Assembly (NCBI RefSeq): GCF_041956535.1
Contig: NW_027192197.1
Coordinates: 1,013,647-1,077,646 of the forward strand
DNA: 64,000 bases
DNA from: Calcarisporiella thermophila CBS 279.70
Taxonomy: Eukaryota > Fungi > Calcarisporiellomycota
Reading direction: 5' to 3'
Position numbers and translations under genes: made by a program. The stretch's first letter is position 1; each line of letters starts with the position of its first letter. The notes beneath the pieces are model-generated. The model was not told the origin of the DNA. It was given only the letters and a program-made list of their open reading frames with translations, and made no database searches. This document shows, one piece after another, positions 25,501-37,433 of this stretch.

Positions 25501-25627
25501 GCGCAAGGAGTCTTTGCGCGAGCACCGGCGTGTGCTGGGAGTGGTGGCCCAAAACCTGCTGAATGCCGACATCTCAGCCAGTTTGCTGGTGGTGCAGGCC
25601 GGGAAGGAGAGCAAGAAGCAGGTGTAG
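22577..25627 (+). CDS. KHA1: CPA2-family K+/H+ antiporter
   Basis: KQPRVIAEVI|GGIILGPS, FPVLARILTE, AAVDDV, FLPLYFTLSGLKT and MNTKGLVELIVLN; C-terminal FFGGPDDREAL domain. Confidence 0.93.
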
Positions 25628-26360
25628 CGGGAAGGGGAGTAAAGAGGGGGTCTAACTCTGGTGCGCTCTATGCTAACGCTCTGGGAGCCCATGGAGGCTG
25701 CTGCTCGAATGTATTTTCGTTTTTATTTTGTTATATTTTGATATTTATTCTGTTATACATGGTATACTTTGGAATTTTTCTTTTTTCTTTTTTCTTTTTT
25801 CTTTTTTCTTTCTTTGAAGCCTCAAAACGTACAATTAGCCATATCCTATCTTTCATGGACCAGCTTTCTATAATATTTGTTTATTTCATTTCTTTTTATA
25901 TTTTATTTTATTTTATTTCATTCCACTTTTCTTTATATGAGAGATTGTTAATGTAGTGTTCAAACAGAATTTTTTATTTGTATGGGAAGAATTAAAAATC
26001 TGGATTCTATGATGGAAAAGGAGTCATTTACTATCGGACAAAGTATACTCCCATAGATCGCTCTGAGAGGGAGGCAATACCATTGCCTTCTATATCACAC
26101 GGATCCGCCTCTCTCTGAAAGCAATGCAAATGCCCCTTAATATCATGCCCGGGCCAGAGATTTTCTTTCCTGGCTCACGGATGAAGGGAAGTTAAACATT
26201 TTTGACGAGTAGGAGCAAACTGAACGCGAGTTGTTCAAACTGGAGGGCGATTCTCAGGGGGTGTGACTGTGGGCCTAAGAGGCCCTCTCATAATTCTCGC
26301 AATCCAATTCCCACAATTCCGTCCCTGTTTATTCAAAATCCTCAAATTACTCCGCTGGGC

Positions 26361-26372
26361 TGGTCAGAGTGG
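26361..26372 (+). promoter_or_regulatory. A-box-like motif TGGTCAGAGTGG immediately upstream of the RNase P RNA
   Basis: Matches the TRGnnnAGnGG consensus 8 nt before P1; a B-box-like GTTCAAAC lies upstream at 26233-26240. Confidence 0.5.
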
Positions 26373-26380
26373 ATGGCCTT

Positions 26381-26709
26381 AACCACTTTTTTAGCCGACG
26401 TCTAGGGGAACAACACACGGAAGGAGGGCTCCGGCCACACCTTCTACTCCTTTCCCTTGGGAGGGTCCGCGAAAAGCCTGTGTAGCCTTTCTCGCAAGAG
26501 GACGGCGAGGCCCTTGCTGGGCGCCCTTCGCATAGAGGGGAGGCTCTCACCAGAAAGCATACCCTGCCGACGGGACCTCTCTAGAGGAAAGAACGTTGGA
26601 TCAGGGTTGAAATGGGGAGCTTCGGGGCGGGAATTTCGCAGTACAATACGTTGGGACGGACCCGTCACAAGGTCTGTTAACTCAATGCGGACTACTCAAA
26701 AAGGTGGTT
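26381..26709 (+). ncRNA. RPR1: Nuclear RNase P RNA
   Basis: P1 AACCACTTTTTT/AAAAAGGTGGTT; P2 26395-401/26648-654; P3 26402-410/26452-460; P4 GTCCGC (26465-70)/GCGGAC (26687-92); CR-II CAGAAA at 26551; CR-III TGAAA at 26608; P12 ACCCTG/CAGGGT; P19 GACGGACC/GGTCTGTT; CR-V AACTCAATGCGGACTACTC. Confidence 0.92.
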
Positions 26710-27453
26710 CTCCTTTATGAAAAGAGAAAGAAAATCGCTGGAGGATGAAAATTGGATGGCATCGAGGGGTTATTGTTTCTAGTGCTAGTGAAAAAAGTTG
26801 CACTACCCTAGATGTCATTGCTTCTTTATAAATTTTCCAATGCCCATCCACTTGCATTACTGGGACAAGAGAGTTTGATGTGTCCAGTCTTTGCTTTCAT
26901 TGCTTTTGATTGTGTTCGAGCAGTAGGCTGCTCCTACAAATTAGCAAGACGCCACTTGATTAGATTGGAGGGGAGAAAGGTACTGTTGAATGACAGTTTG
27001 GGCGGAGGCCGGCTTATCCAAAATGTCATTGATTTGAACGTACTAAACAAATTCGGTGATAAAATGGATTACATATATCCAATGTGATACCCCGCGTCCA
27101 ACAATGATTACCTGCGATACAATCTCCGTAGCATGAAGCTTTCTTCGGGGATACCTTTTAAGTATGCCTCCAAAAAATAGGGTTTGCCCACGCGATATGC
27201 TGGCAGTGCTCCCCGAGGGAAAAATGTTGGGAGGGTGCAGAAGTTGCCTGTTCTTTTCTTTTCTTTTTCGCCCTCTGTTCGCTAGTTTCCCCCGGCAAAG
27301 ATTATCCCCTGATCTTTACGCACTACGATTGATTGTATCCTTTGATATAAACAGTACGTCACCACTCTATTCGTTTGGGTCTTTCTGCACCCTGTCACTA
27401 ATAAACATGAAATTGCCTTGCTATGTTATGAGTAGCTGTCGATACGAAAACCA

Positions 27454-30095
27454 ATGAAACTATCAGCGCTGTTCCTAGTTTTTTCGGTGTTTTGCTCCAG
27501 CTTTTATCGCGGGGCTAGGTTGGTGTGCTCTCCCTACGTTCCTCTTTCCTTTCACGATCTAAACGGTCTTTTCTAGTGTAGTGGTCAAGACATCTTAATA
27601 ATAACCAACGCGAATGTATATACAATGTCCTCTACACAAAAGGCGGAGGGGTTTGTGGTGCAATCGGGGAAAATAGTGGACGTCGACCGCAGTGAAGTGC
27701 TACTGGAAAGATGGAGCGGAGATAACGTAAGATAAAATCTTTGGATGATGGGGGAAAAGAGATAAATGCAATCGAGAATTCACTTGTTTTTTTCGGTCTC
27801 TCTTCGTTAAGGCGAAAGTCATTGATATGAAGAATAGGACCATCATTCCTGGGCTAATCGATGCACACGTCGTACGTGGTTTCCAGATATTTTTGAAAGA
27901 GCACCTTTGATTTTGATTATTCTGGTAGTAGCTCATTTTATTCGCTTATTTAATAGCATTTGATGAGACTTGGAATCCAACGCGCTCAAGCGAACCTTCG
28001 TGGGACTCGGTCAGTAGAAGGTAAGTGGCTCTGTGCTAAAGTATCCATAGACAAGTTGTGTCAAACATTTGCATTAATATAGAGGTTCGAGCTCGCCTCC
28101 GCGAATATATTTCTCGTTCTAACCAGACTTTTGGCGACAACCTTTGGGTCCGAGGAAATGGTTGGGACCAGACAGAGTGGCCAGGGGGCCAATTTCCCAC
28201 TGCAGCGGATCTCGATGCAGATCCGATGCTTGCTGCAGTGCCTATTATGCTACTTCGCATAGACAACCATGCGCAGTGGGTCAACACGAGAGTCCTCAAG
28301 ATGATGGAGGCCAAGTACATCAATTTGACAGACATCAAGGTTGAGGGCGGGGAAGTGATCAAGAGCCCGGGGTTGGGGGTGTTTACCGACCAAGCCATGT
28401 CGCTCCTAGGTAATCGATCCGCCTCATTCTACGGTATGGCGGAGCTACTAAACATGCCCTGTTGCCAACCTTGATAGCTCCCCTGGTGCCGCCAGTTTCC
28501 GAGGCAGAGAAGTTCGACGCTCTCGATATAGCGCTCAAGGAGATCCATTCCTTTGGAATAACAGGTGTCCATGATGCTGGAGTAGTCCCCGATGACCTCG
28601 CCTTTTACAAAAAGTATATGTCCATTATATAAACTTTCATACGCCGGTCATGGTTCTAAAGTAAGAGCTAATGCCCTGCTTAATAAAGGGCAGTGGATGC
28701 TGGCAAGTTCCAAATTCGCAACTATGCAATGGTCTCATGCCCGAATCGAAACGATTATTGCGGAGACAGGCTCAACATCACGGCGTTTGAGCACGGGTTC
28801 TTGATCATGCGTAGCGTAAAGCTCTATGTGGATGGAGCGCTAGGGAGCTGGGGTGCAGGTATATTATTCTCCGCTTCTAAAGAGGTTGGCTCATCTACTA
28901 AGACTGCCTTTGATAGCCATGATTCAGCCCTATACTGGTGAGCTGAGCATTTGGCATTTCCTCTTCCAGCAGGACTCATTTGACACTTTAAGATTTTATT
29001 TTGACTATGGGTTACAGACGATCCATCCAAGCCAGGTAATCTCCTCATTAGCGAGAGGAATTTTACGGAGCAGGTAGCAAAATGGATGGAGAGAGTAAGG
29101 ATATATCTAGAACTCTCTCCCTGCCCCAAGCTTATTATCTCATATTGTATAAAGGGCCTACAAGTCAATGCTCACTGCATTGGGGATCTTGCCAACCACA
29201 TCGCCGTCAATGGATTTGAGGAGAATCTAAGAAATCGAACTCAGGGAGAGCTTACTGCTGAGAGAAGGCTTAATGACAAGTATCGACTGAGAATCGAACA
29301 TGCTCAGATATTGGTGGAGTATTCTCGCGATTGACGAGGTCGCTTTTCAAATATCCTAACCCAACTTCTCTTCCTAAAGACGCAGGAAGATATCCAACGC
29401 GTTGGAAAACTTGGGATAATCCCCTCCATGCAACCAACACACGGTAGGAATGGATATTTAAGGGCGTGTTTGTCTTGGATACCCCTCGAAAATTCACTAA
29501 TGACTCTTCATTGATAGCAACTAGCGACATGAATTTTGCTGAAACTCGCGTCGGACCCGACCGGATTAAGGGGGCATATGCTTGGAGATCCTTTTTAAAT
29601 GTTAGGTAACCCCCTTGTAGTCCAAAGTGAATCGATTGGTCCGAAAATAGTATGCTCAACTGGGTGCTTATTGTAGTGTGCCGGCACTTCCCCTTGGATC
29701 AGACTTTCCGGTCGAGAGCGCCAACCCTTTGCTTGGCTTTTATGCGGCTGTGACGCGTTTAACGGTCAATGGCACTTCACCTCAAGGTGACAATGGATGG
29801 TATCCTGAGCAGAAGTTAACGAGAGCAGAGGCTCTGAAAGGATTTACCAGGGACGCAGCTTATGCCAGTTTCCAGGAGGAGAAAGTGAGAGAAAGGATTG
29901 AAGCATGCATAAACTGAGCTTATTCTTCTTTTCTTTTTCCATCAACAGGTGGGTTCGATTGAGCCCGAGAAAGTCGCAGACTTTGTCGTGCTGTCGCAGG
30001 ATATAATGGAGGTACCGCGGGAAGAAATTCTGAACACAAAGGTGTTAGCCACCGTTCTCAACGGCACCGTGGTTTACGGCAACTTGACATTATAA
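27454..30095 (+). CDS. YtcJ-like amidohydrolase (Amidohydro_3) with a predicted signal peptide; many introns
   Basis: PGLIDAHV|HL, GNGWDQ, GVHDAG, VKLYVDGALGSWGA, AHCIGD, RIEHAQI, SMQPTH and GSDFPVESANPLLGFYAAVTR. Confidence 0.92.
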
Positions 30096-31277
30096 TAAGC
30101 TGCATTTGCACCACCCTTGACGAGCATCTCTGGGCAATACTTATTTGAATTGAATTATCTCAATAAATAGCTATTCTAAGCTGCATATAAACCTAGAGTG
30201 ATAAAGCTGTGAACAAAGAGCACCAATGGTAAATGCTCCCATCGCTATTTCAATTGGTACTAAACACCACTGCTATGGTACAACCTCCTCGCCTCATCAG
30301 CCTGCTTGTTTTGCGCTATTATAGGTTTAATGGAGATATCACTCTCTGTACAACAATTTATTCTTATCTATTATAGTATGTTGAGAATCCACCCTAGTGA
30401 ATAGAATAAACACATGATGTCCAACCAATCATGACAAGCTTGGAGAACGACTTCGAGTAGGCGATATTTGAATACGAAGGATAATCATCTTCAATTATAA
30501 CTATGTTTGGTATTTGCTATTCCTCTTACGCGTCTAATACGCGTAATGATGTCCCCGACTGAACTTGTCCTCGATTTCTGTAATACTGCGGCAAATTGTG
30601 GGTAAAAGTTTGGTGAGACCTTCTAGCTCTCAAGATAATGAGAGGCTGACGGATGTTCCTTATCAACTCAACCCAATTAGAGTATCAAAGTTTGTTAGGA
30701 GAGAAGGATGTTTCTTGTCATTTTGCTTGATCACAATTTTTTAAGCACGCCTAATTGGTCGATTCCTTGTCTCCTATTCGGTCTAATACTGCGGCTGAAT
30801 AAGAAAAATTGCCAAGAGTGGCAAATGGTTTGCGTCATAATCTATGTTCCAAGAAACAAAGTACAAAAAAAGAAATAAGATAATAAGCTTTCACTGGTGC
30901 CCACCCTTCCCCTCATTACTATTCATGAGCAATTTTTGCATTGCCAACCGCCTTTTTCCAACAAGGTTCCTATTCCTTTGAATCCGAGGGCGATGATATT
31001 GCATTTCAATGTGTTTGTCCTCCTTTTGGTGCGTACTTTAGATACTCATCCCATATTAAGTTTGTCACGTATTGTCATAAGTTGATGATTGAAGCTTGTA
31101 ATATTTCCGAATTTTTCTTATGGGCTCGACCAATCTTGTAGCAGCCAAATCAGGATATAAATATGTGGGGTATTAAATGAGGAAACAAACAAAAAAAAAA
31201 TTCGCCCGGATCCTTTTACATACACAATTGCGCCGTTTTCACTTCATTTCCCTTCCACCCCTCATCTATTCCTGAAG

Positions 31278-31487
31278 ATGGATAAAGCACCGATGAACAA
31301 GTTACTCCAAGGTATTCAAAGCCTTCGCGATAGCAAATATATTCCACTCTCGTCGGGGGATGAAGCAAAACACGAACCTGGAGATGCAAAGCAATCGGCA
31401 GGCACGAATCCACCTGCATCCGGTCAGAGAAAGAAGCCAAAATTGATGCAGACACCTGTGCGCTATGGACTCCAGAATCATATATGA
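31278..31487 (+). CDS. Possible small protein (69 aa)
   Basis: ATG in AAGATGG context, protein-like composition and TATAAA at about 31157; no family recognised. Confidence 0.35.
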   Translation: MDKAPMNKLLQGIQSLRDSKYIPLSSGDEAKHEPGDAKQSAGTNPPASGQRKKPKLMQTPVRYGLQNHI

Positions 31488-32571
31488 TCCACTCCTCATG
31501 ACGCATCCTCATTACCCACATGTAGTGAATTAATTTTATGTAGTATTATCATTCAGGTTGCATTCAAGTTAACTTATGCTGCTGCATGCTACCCTTTACC
31601 TGCGGGGGAAGGACAATTATACAGCAGGACGATAGATCAGTGTTCCAAATATTCCCTTTTGTTTTTTAGTGTAATTTCATTATTTTTTTATTCATTGACT
31701 CAATAGAATGGAAATTGTTGTCCATTCATTGGAAAACCAAATGATGCACGCCAATCTATCGCTAAATTAATATGGATCGGCGCCATCTCAAGAGAATTGA
31801 GACCGGAGAACAGGTGAATTAAGAATGATTTGAGCATAAGGCTCAGGCAGCAGAGGAGGGAAAACGCTAAACTCCCCACGAGTCGTGACGGACGATGGCC
31901 ACGGCAGAGTGTACATAGGACTGACTGCCTGTGCGCCGACCACTTGTCTCTCGTAGCGATGGCAACCATCTCGGAGCTCCCATAGACCTATTTCTTGTGC
32001 TCGTGGGGCAGGCAGGGTAGGCGCCGGCCTAGGTGCGCTCCGAAGGAGAGGGATTTGCGGCTAGGAAGAAAGAGGGGGAGGGAGAGGAATTTAACAGGAA
32101 TTAGACCTAGCATAACCAGGAGGACCAGTTGGGCAGTTTTGCTGTTTTCATTTTTCCCCCACCTTGCTCTGACACGCCGGATGGACAAATCTACGCGGCA
32201 GTGTTTGATCACAATCTCCTGACATCCAATGAAACCCTCGAACTCTTGACCGAAGATCCGTCTGAATGCGGAAATTCTTAAATTTCTTATAAGTTGCCAA
32301 TTCAATTCATATCCCCCTTTTTTATATGTTCAACAATTTTTTCTCATATTTGGGCATACCTTGCACAGGTCCACTGAATTCACCTAATCTCCATTCACAA
32401 AACGATTCCATTCACTCTACTCACCTCCCCCCATTCTCCCCTTGGCTATATATATTTTTAATTTATTCACTCGTGCTAGCGTATATATCCTAACCCTTAT
32501 AATCCGCGACTTGTGTTCGAAATAAAATTGCGAAATAGTATTGAGCTCTGGAATTTATCATACATTGGAGA

Positions 32572-35399
32572 ATGTGGAATTATCTCAATCCCTTTGAGAA
32601 AACGCTTATCTCCACCGCGTGTCTCCTCATAGTACTTGCGCTCTACTCAGCATCCCTTCCATACTCTCATAGCATCCACCATGATGTTTTTATGTTAAGA
32701 GACGAAATCCCCATGGATCAGGCTGAATCCAATGGCCCGGCTCAATCCTCTTCTGCGCAGTGGTGCGTTGAGCCGGAATGCTTGTTGGCGGCGGCGGGAA
32801 TCATGCAAGACATGGATAAGACCGTGAACCCATGCGACGACTTTTATGCATACAGGTAAATGGAATGAATTCTAACCCACGCATAGCTAGTGTATGCACG
32901 TGTAGTTTAACCTTTTTATGGGGCCATGTCTAGCTGTGGTGGGTGGATAAAATCGCACACTATACCGCAAGACAAATCTTCAATTGGGGTGTTTGACACG
33001 CTTTCTGATCAAAACAAGGTAGGTTGACATTGAATGGGTGTATGGCATTAGGAATGCTCGAAGAGAAAATTCACCCCACAAAATGTCATATGCTTAACAG
33101 GAAGTCCTGCGTGACATCCTCGAGGGCCAATTTAAACCCGAAAATAATGACCAGACTGACTTGGCCAACTTCAACAAGATCAAAGCTGTGTATGATGCAT
33201 GCATGAACGAGACACAAATCGAGTCGCTAAAGGCTGCCCCAATACTTCCGGTGATTAAAACGGTGCTCGACAACATCCCGCTTGCAATCCCCCTCCCCCA
33301 ATGCTATTCGGGGCAACCCCCTGATGGCAAGCCGGTAGACTACAAGACACTGTCGAAAACGCTGGGCCTGATGGCAAACATCGGGCTGGACTCTCTGGTT
33401 GGGCCAGGGGTGGACGTGGACGCCCACGATCCAAACATAAATGTGCTCTACATTTCCTCAGCCGGCATCTCCCTCCCGAGCAAGGAGTACTATAAAGAGA
33501 CAGATTTGCTTGCCGTGTACCGCACAACCATCTCCGACACCTTTCGGCTGACACTTGGCGAACTCTCCGAGCAGCTCTGGCCAGGCACCCCCGTCCCGGC
33601 GGACATGTGGGATCGGATGGCCGAGCAGGTAGTACAGTTTGAGGTGACACTCGCGAATGTATCACTCACCCCAGGGCAGCTCCATGATCCCGTCTTCACC
33701 TACAACCCGATGACATTCAGCGAATTGGCGCAGTCCGCCCCCAACATCGACTGGACCTTGATGGTGCAGACCTGGCTCGAGGACTTTGCTTCGGTTCCCG
33801 AAAAGGCTGTGATCGATTCGCCTGCCTACATGCGCGCTCTCTCCAATGATATCCTCCCCACCACCCCACAACCAACGGTTATTGCCTACCTATTGTGGCG
33901 TTCGATTAACAGCTACATAGGTTTCCTTCACACCACTTACCAAAAGCCGGCACGTCGCCTTAACCAGAAGCTCTCGGGCGTGAATGCAGATGTATTGCCC
34001 CCGAGGTGGCGCGTGTGCCAAGGGGTGGTGAACGGGGCAATCGGGCAGGGGGCTGGCCGGTACTTCGTCATGCGCAAATTTGCAGGTGAATCGAAGGAGA
34101 CCGCCGAGAGCATGATAAATGCACTCAAGGACATCTTCAAGCAGCGGTTGCCCCAGCTCGACTGGCTCGATGAGCCCACCCGGATCCGTGCGATCGAAAA
34201 GGTCGACAAGCTGGCGGTGAAGGTGGGTTACTCGTCGCAGACCTTGAATCTGATGGACCCGAAGTCGATCGAGAAGTACTACGCTAATTTCACCTCCAAC
34301 TCGCTGGACTACCTCGGGAATGCAATTCGTTCGTCTCGATTTGGCAACAACAAGGCCAAGTTTCGGCTGGGCAAACCCGTGGACAAGACCCTCTGGCATA
34401 TGACTCCGCAAACCGTGAATGGTATTTATCTTAAGAATAGGAAGCAAGCATTCGCCTGCATACAGTTTTGACTGATCATTTCCCCCCATTTTTTCTATCC
34501 CTCCATTCTCCTTTGGTATTCAGCTTACTATAGGTAAATACTACACGATTGCCTTTGTACTGGGCGACCGCCTTTTACTAACCTCCTTCGCTTTTGCACC
34601 TCTCCATCTTAGCCCTTCCAGCAACGAAATCGTGTTTCCTGCGGGTATTCTCCAGCAGCCCTTCTTCAACGGGAAACTCCCTGAGTACCTAAATTTTGGA
34701 GGGGTCGGGGTGGTGATTGGGCATGAACTCACCCACGCCTTCGATAACCACGGACGCCTCTTTGACCCGACCGGTAAGCTGACCGACTGGTGGACCAATT
34801 CGACCGCGTCCTCCTTTGAGCAAAAATCCAAATGCTTTATCAGTCAGTACGACAACTTCACGATCAAGGGGCCGGATAACAGTGATGTGCACGTGAATGG
34901 CAACCTGACGCTGGGCGAAAATCTGGCTGACAATGGAGGGTGAGTTCAAGTAAAATACATACATCTCTCTATAGAATGTTCACCGGTGGCTACTAGAATC
35001 CGTGAGTCGTATCTCACTTGGAAAGCGCGGTTTGATTCGGATCCCCAGCAACAGGCCCATAACAATCGGTTGCTCCCGGGGCTTGACGCATTCACTCGCG
35101 AGCAACTTTACTTTATCTCTTTTGCTCGTGTGTGGTGCAGTAGCTACAAGCCCGAGAAGCTGGTCCAGCTAGTTCGTACAGATCCCCACTCCCCAACCCA
35201 ACACCGCGTGAATGGAGCGGTCATGAATAGCCCGCTTTTTGCTGAGACCTTCAAGGTGAGGAAACAAGTTTACGACCCCCCTCTAGAGTAGCCATTTTCA
35301 TTGACTAATTTTTTTTTTTTGGAATTTCCTCTCTCCCACCTATCACAGTGTCCTCCTGGATCACCAATGAACCCGGGAGCAAGATGTGAGATTTGGTAG
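32572..35399 (+). CDS. M13 family metallopeptidase (neprilysin/ECE-like) with N-terminal anchor
   Basis: PCDDFYAY.CGGW, VNAYYSP..NEIVFPAGILQ, GHELTHAFD, GENLADNGG, DPHSP..RVNG and the C-terminal CPPGSPMNP..CEIW*. Confidence 0.96.
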
Positions 35400-35412
35400 A
35401 AGAAAGCTGTAT

Positions 35413-35506
35413 TTTTGCATGGCATGCTTGGCTTGAATTATTATAAGTTTGCTTTTTATTTTGCATGGCATGCTTGGCTTGAGTTTTTATAAGTTTGCTT
35501 TTTATT
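35413..35506. repeat. 46-bp direct tandem duplication just 3' of the M13 gene
   Basis: TTTTGCATGGCATGCTTGGCTTGA.TT.TTATAAGTTTGCTTTTTATT occurs twice. Confidence 0.9.
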
Positions 35507-35540
35507 ATAAATGGTATTAATATACATGTATTCCAGCGGC

Positions 35541-35827
35541 CACTATAGAAAGTCTCATAGGAAAAAAATAGGGAAAACATAGGTAAATAATGTGGAAAAC
35601 ATAGGGAACACCTCACTTTCCGTATGATTTTCTGATATTTCCTATAATTTTTAATGGTTTTGATATGGATTTTTATATGGGTAAGGATTTTGGAATTTAT
35701 AATAAAATCAAAGGAAATATAAGGAAATTATAGGGAAATTATAGGGAAATTATAGGGAAAGTGAGGTGGTTGGGCATGTGTTACATATTATTTCCCTCTG
35801 TTTTCCTTATGCCCACTTCTTATAGGG
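35541..35827. mobile_element. Non-autonomous CACTA/CMC-like MITE (about 287 bp)
   Basis: Termini CACTA...TAGGG. Imperfect inverted arms share CACCTCACTTTCC/GGAAAGTGAGGTG, with subterminal GGGAAATTATA repeats. The flanks GGC/AGC would be a 3-bp TSD with one mismatch. Confidence 0.65.
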
Positions 35828-36533
35828 AGCACAAGGGACGTATAAAATACAATTGCGTTGAGCTATACAATAATTATTCACCTATACAGCTTCACCTCCT
35901 TGAGCTTTAGAAAAAGTGTCTCTATTTAGTGAAAAAATAAGACTATCATCATTGGAAACAAAAGATTGCGAAGTTCAGAAATGACTTCGAGTATGACCAC
36001 CCAGCAACTTCAAATATTGAATACCTAAAGAAATACAAGCAAATCGCAGATGTCTTAATATACTTCACCAATTCCCAAATAGAGCAAATCAGATCACCTT
36101 CAGAAGCTTCCATTAAGCCTTTTTTCAATATAATATATTGAAATGTTTTCAAAATTCTATAATATAGAATTTTGAAACATTGGAAATAATATCGGATCGA
36201 TTTAAGTCAAATTTTCTTACAGAGACTTTTTACAGGAATATGGATTTTAGGGTAGGTTAGCAACTCTATATAACACTACTTGGGGAAGGGAAAATTTTGC
36301 ATGTGGTTTCCAAAAAGAAGCGGCAAGCAAAGTAGTCTTCGTTACATCAAAAATGAGGGCATTTAGATGTATATTGGTAGAGTTATTAGCTCTCAAAAGA
36401 GGGCTATAATTATCTGGACCAATCAAATTTCGTAATCCTTATTTCCTTGTATATTTATTGTTTGATTCATTCTGGAGTCTCCCTGTTACGTTTCGTAGTT
36501 TCAGCTTGTCTTATACTTGTGACTATTTGTGAC

Positions 36534-36561
36534 ATCATCGTTATATGCATATAACGATGAT
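36534..36561. repeat. Perfect 28-bp palindrome
   Basis: ATCATCGTTATATG|CATATAACGATGAT. Confidence 0.95.
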
Positions 36562-36881
36562 ATATATATTATATATATTGGCTTTTGGACTTTGGAATAA
36601 ACCAAGCGGAGTTTTCTCTTACTCTCCTATCTCAAACTATCCATAACACTCCCATTTTAGAGTTTTAAGCCACATTTTCAAAGCCATTAGCCACAGTATT
36701 ATTCTTTTCCATTAATAAGTAAATAAATTATATAATACTTAGTTTTAATAACAATAATAACATAGATTTTCTTTTTAATAATTCCTTTATTTCCTGCTGA
36801 AGACAGTCATATCGACTCCAGTTACAGCAAGTTCATTTTGGCATGGCTACCCAATCCTATATCCAGCACGCGCAAATATCT

Positions 36882-37433
36882 TTATGAGTGACCTCCCCAC
36901 AATGTAATGGGTGCAATTACTCCCATGTTGGGTAGGCAGTGCATCACATTTTCACCCTCTTCAGGTTCTATAATCGCTACCATCCTCACTGTGCTCGGAT
37001 GGAACCAGAACTTGTCCTCAGGACGACTAATTTCAGGCCCTACGACCGACCATACCTCTAGCCGTGCAGTAGTCCCAACTAGGCCAACGCCGATCCACAC
37101 AGGCTCAAACTCCCCTTTAACATGCTCTTGATTAATAGACAAACTTGCTTCAACACAACTTTCCCGACTAACCATCAATGCATATGTCTCCTTCTCCTCT
37201 TCTTTCAACTTCAACTCCATCAATGAGTGTTTGTCTTTAACAGGTTCACTATACACACAGTGAGGACTAGGTCCATGTTCCAACCACCACCTAGCGATGT
37301 TTACTACGTCACTATCACTTAATCCTATAGCTTGACCACATTTAGGTTATAAGTCTCGCAACACTTGCTTAAACACTTTGCTCACTAGGTGGCAATGTGC
37401 AATGTGATTGTAAACAGCCGGACAGTCAGACAT
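36882..37433 (-). pseudogene. Intronless orphan frame of 184 codons with one premature TAA
   Basis: ATG at 37433 reads MSDCPAVYNHIAHCHLVSKVFKQVLRDL*PKCG...WWLEHGPSP, in frame with the 133-aa ORF; the stop is at 37347-37349. Confidence 0.55.

Noticed and set aside
23198-25552. 350-370 aa antisense and alternative-frame ORFs over KHA1 (similar ones lie over the ArfGAP and FYR genes)
   Set aside because: Shadow ORFs caused by high GC3 codon bias.
26381-26709. RNase MRP RNA as an alternative call
   Set aside because: It has the RNase P-specific CR-II and CR-III and a P-type P4; the MRP GAAAGUCCCC/GGGGCU pairing is absent.
35930-36340. ATG-less open stretch (HWKQKIAKFRNDFEY...)
   Set aside because: May be a decayed gene, but it has no recognisable homology or gene structure.
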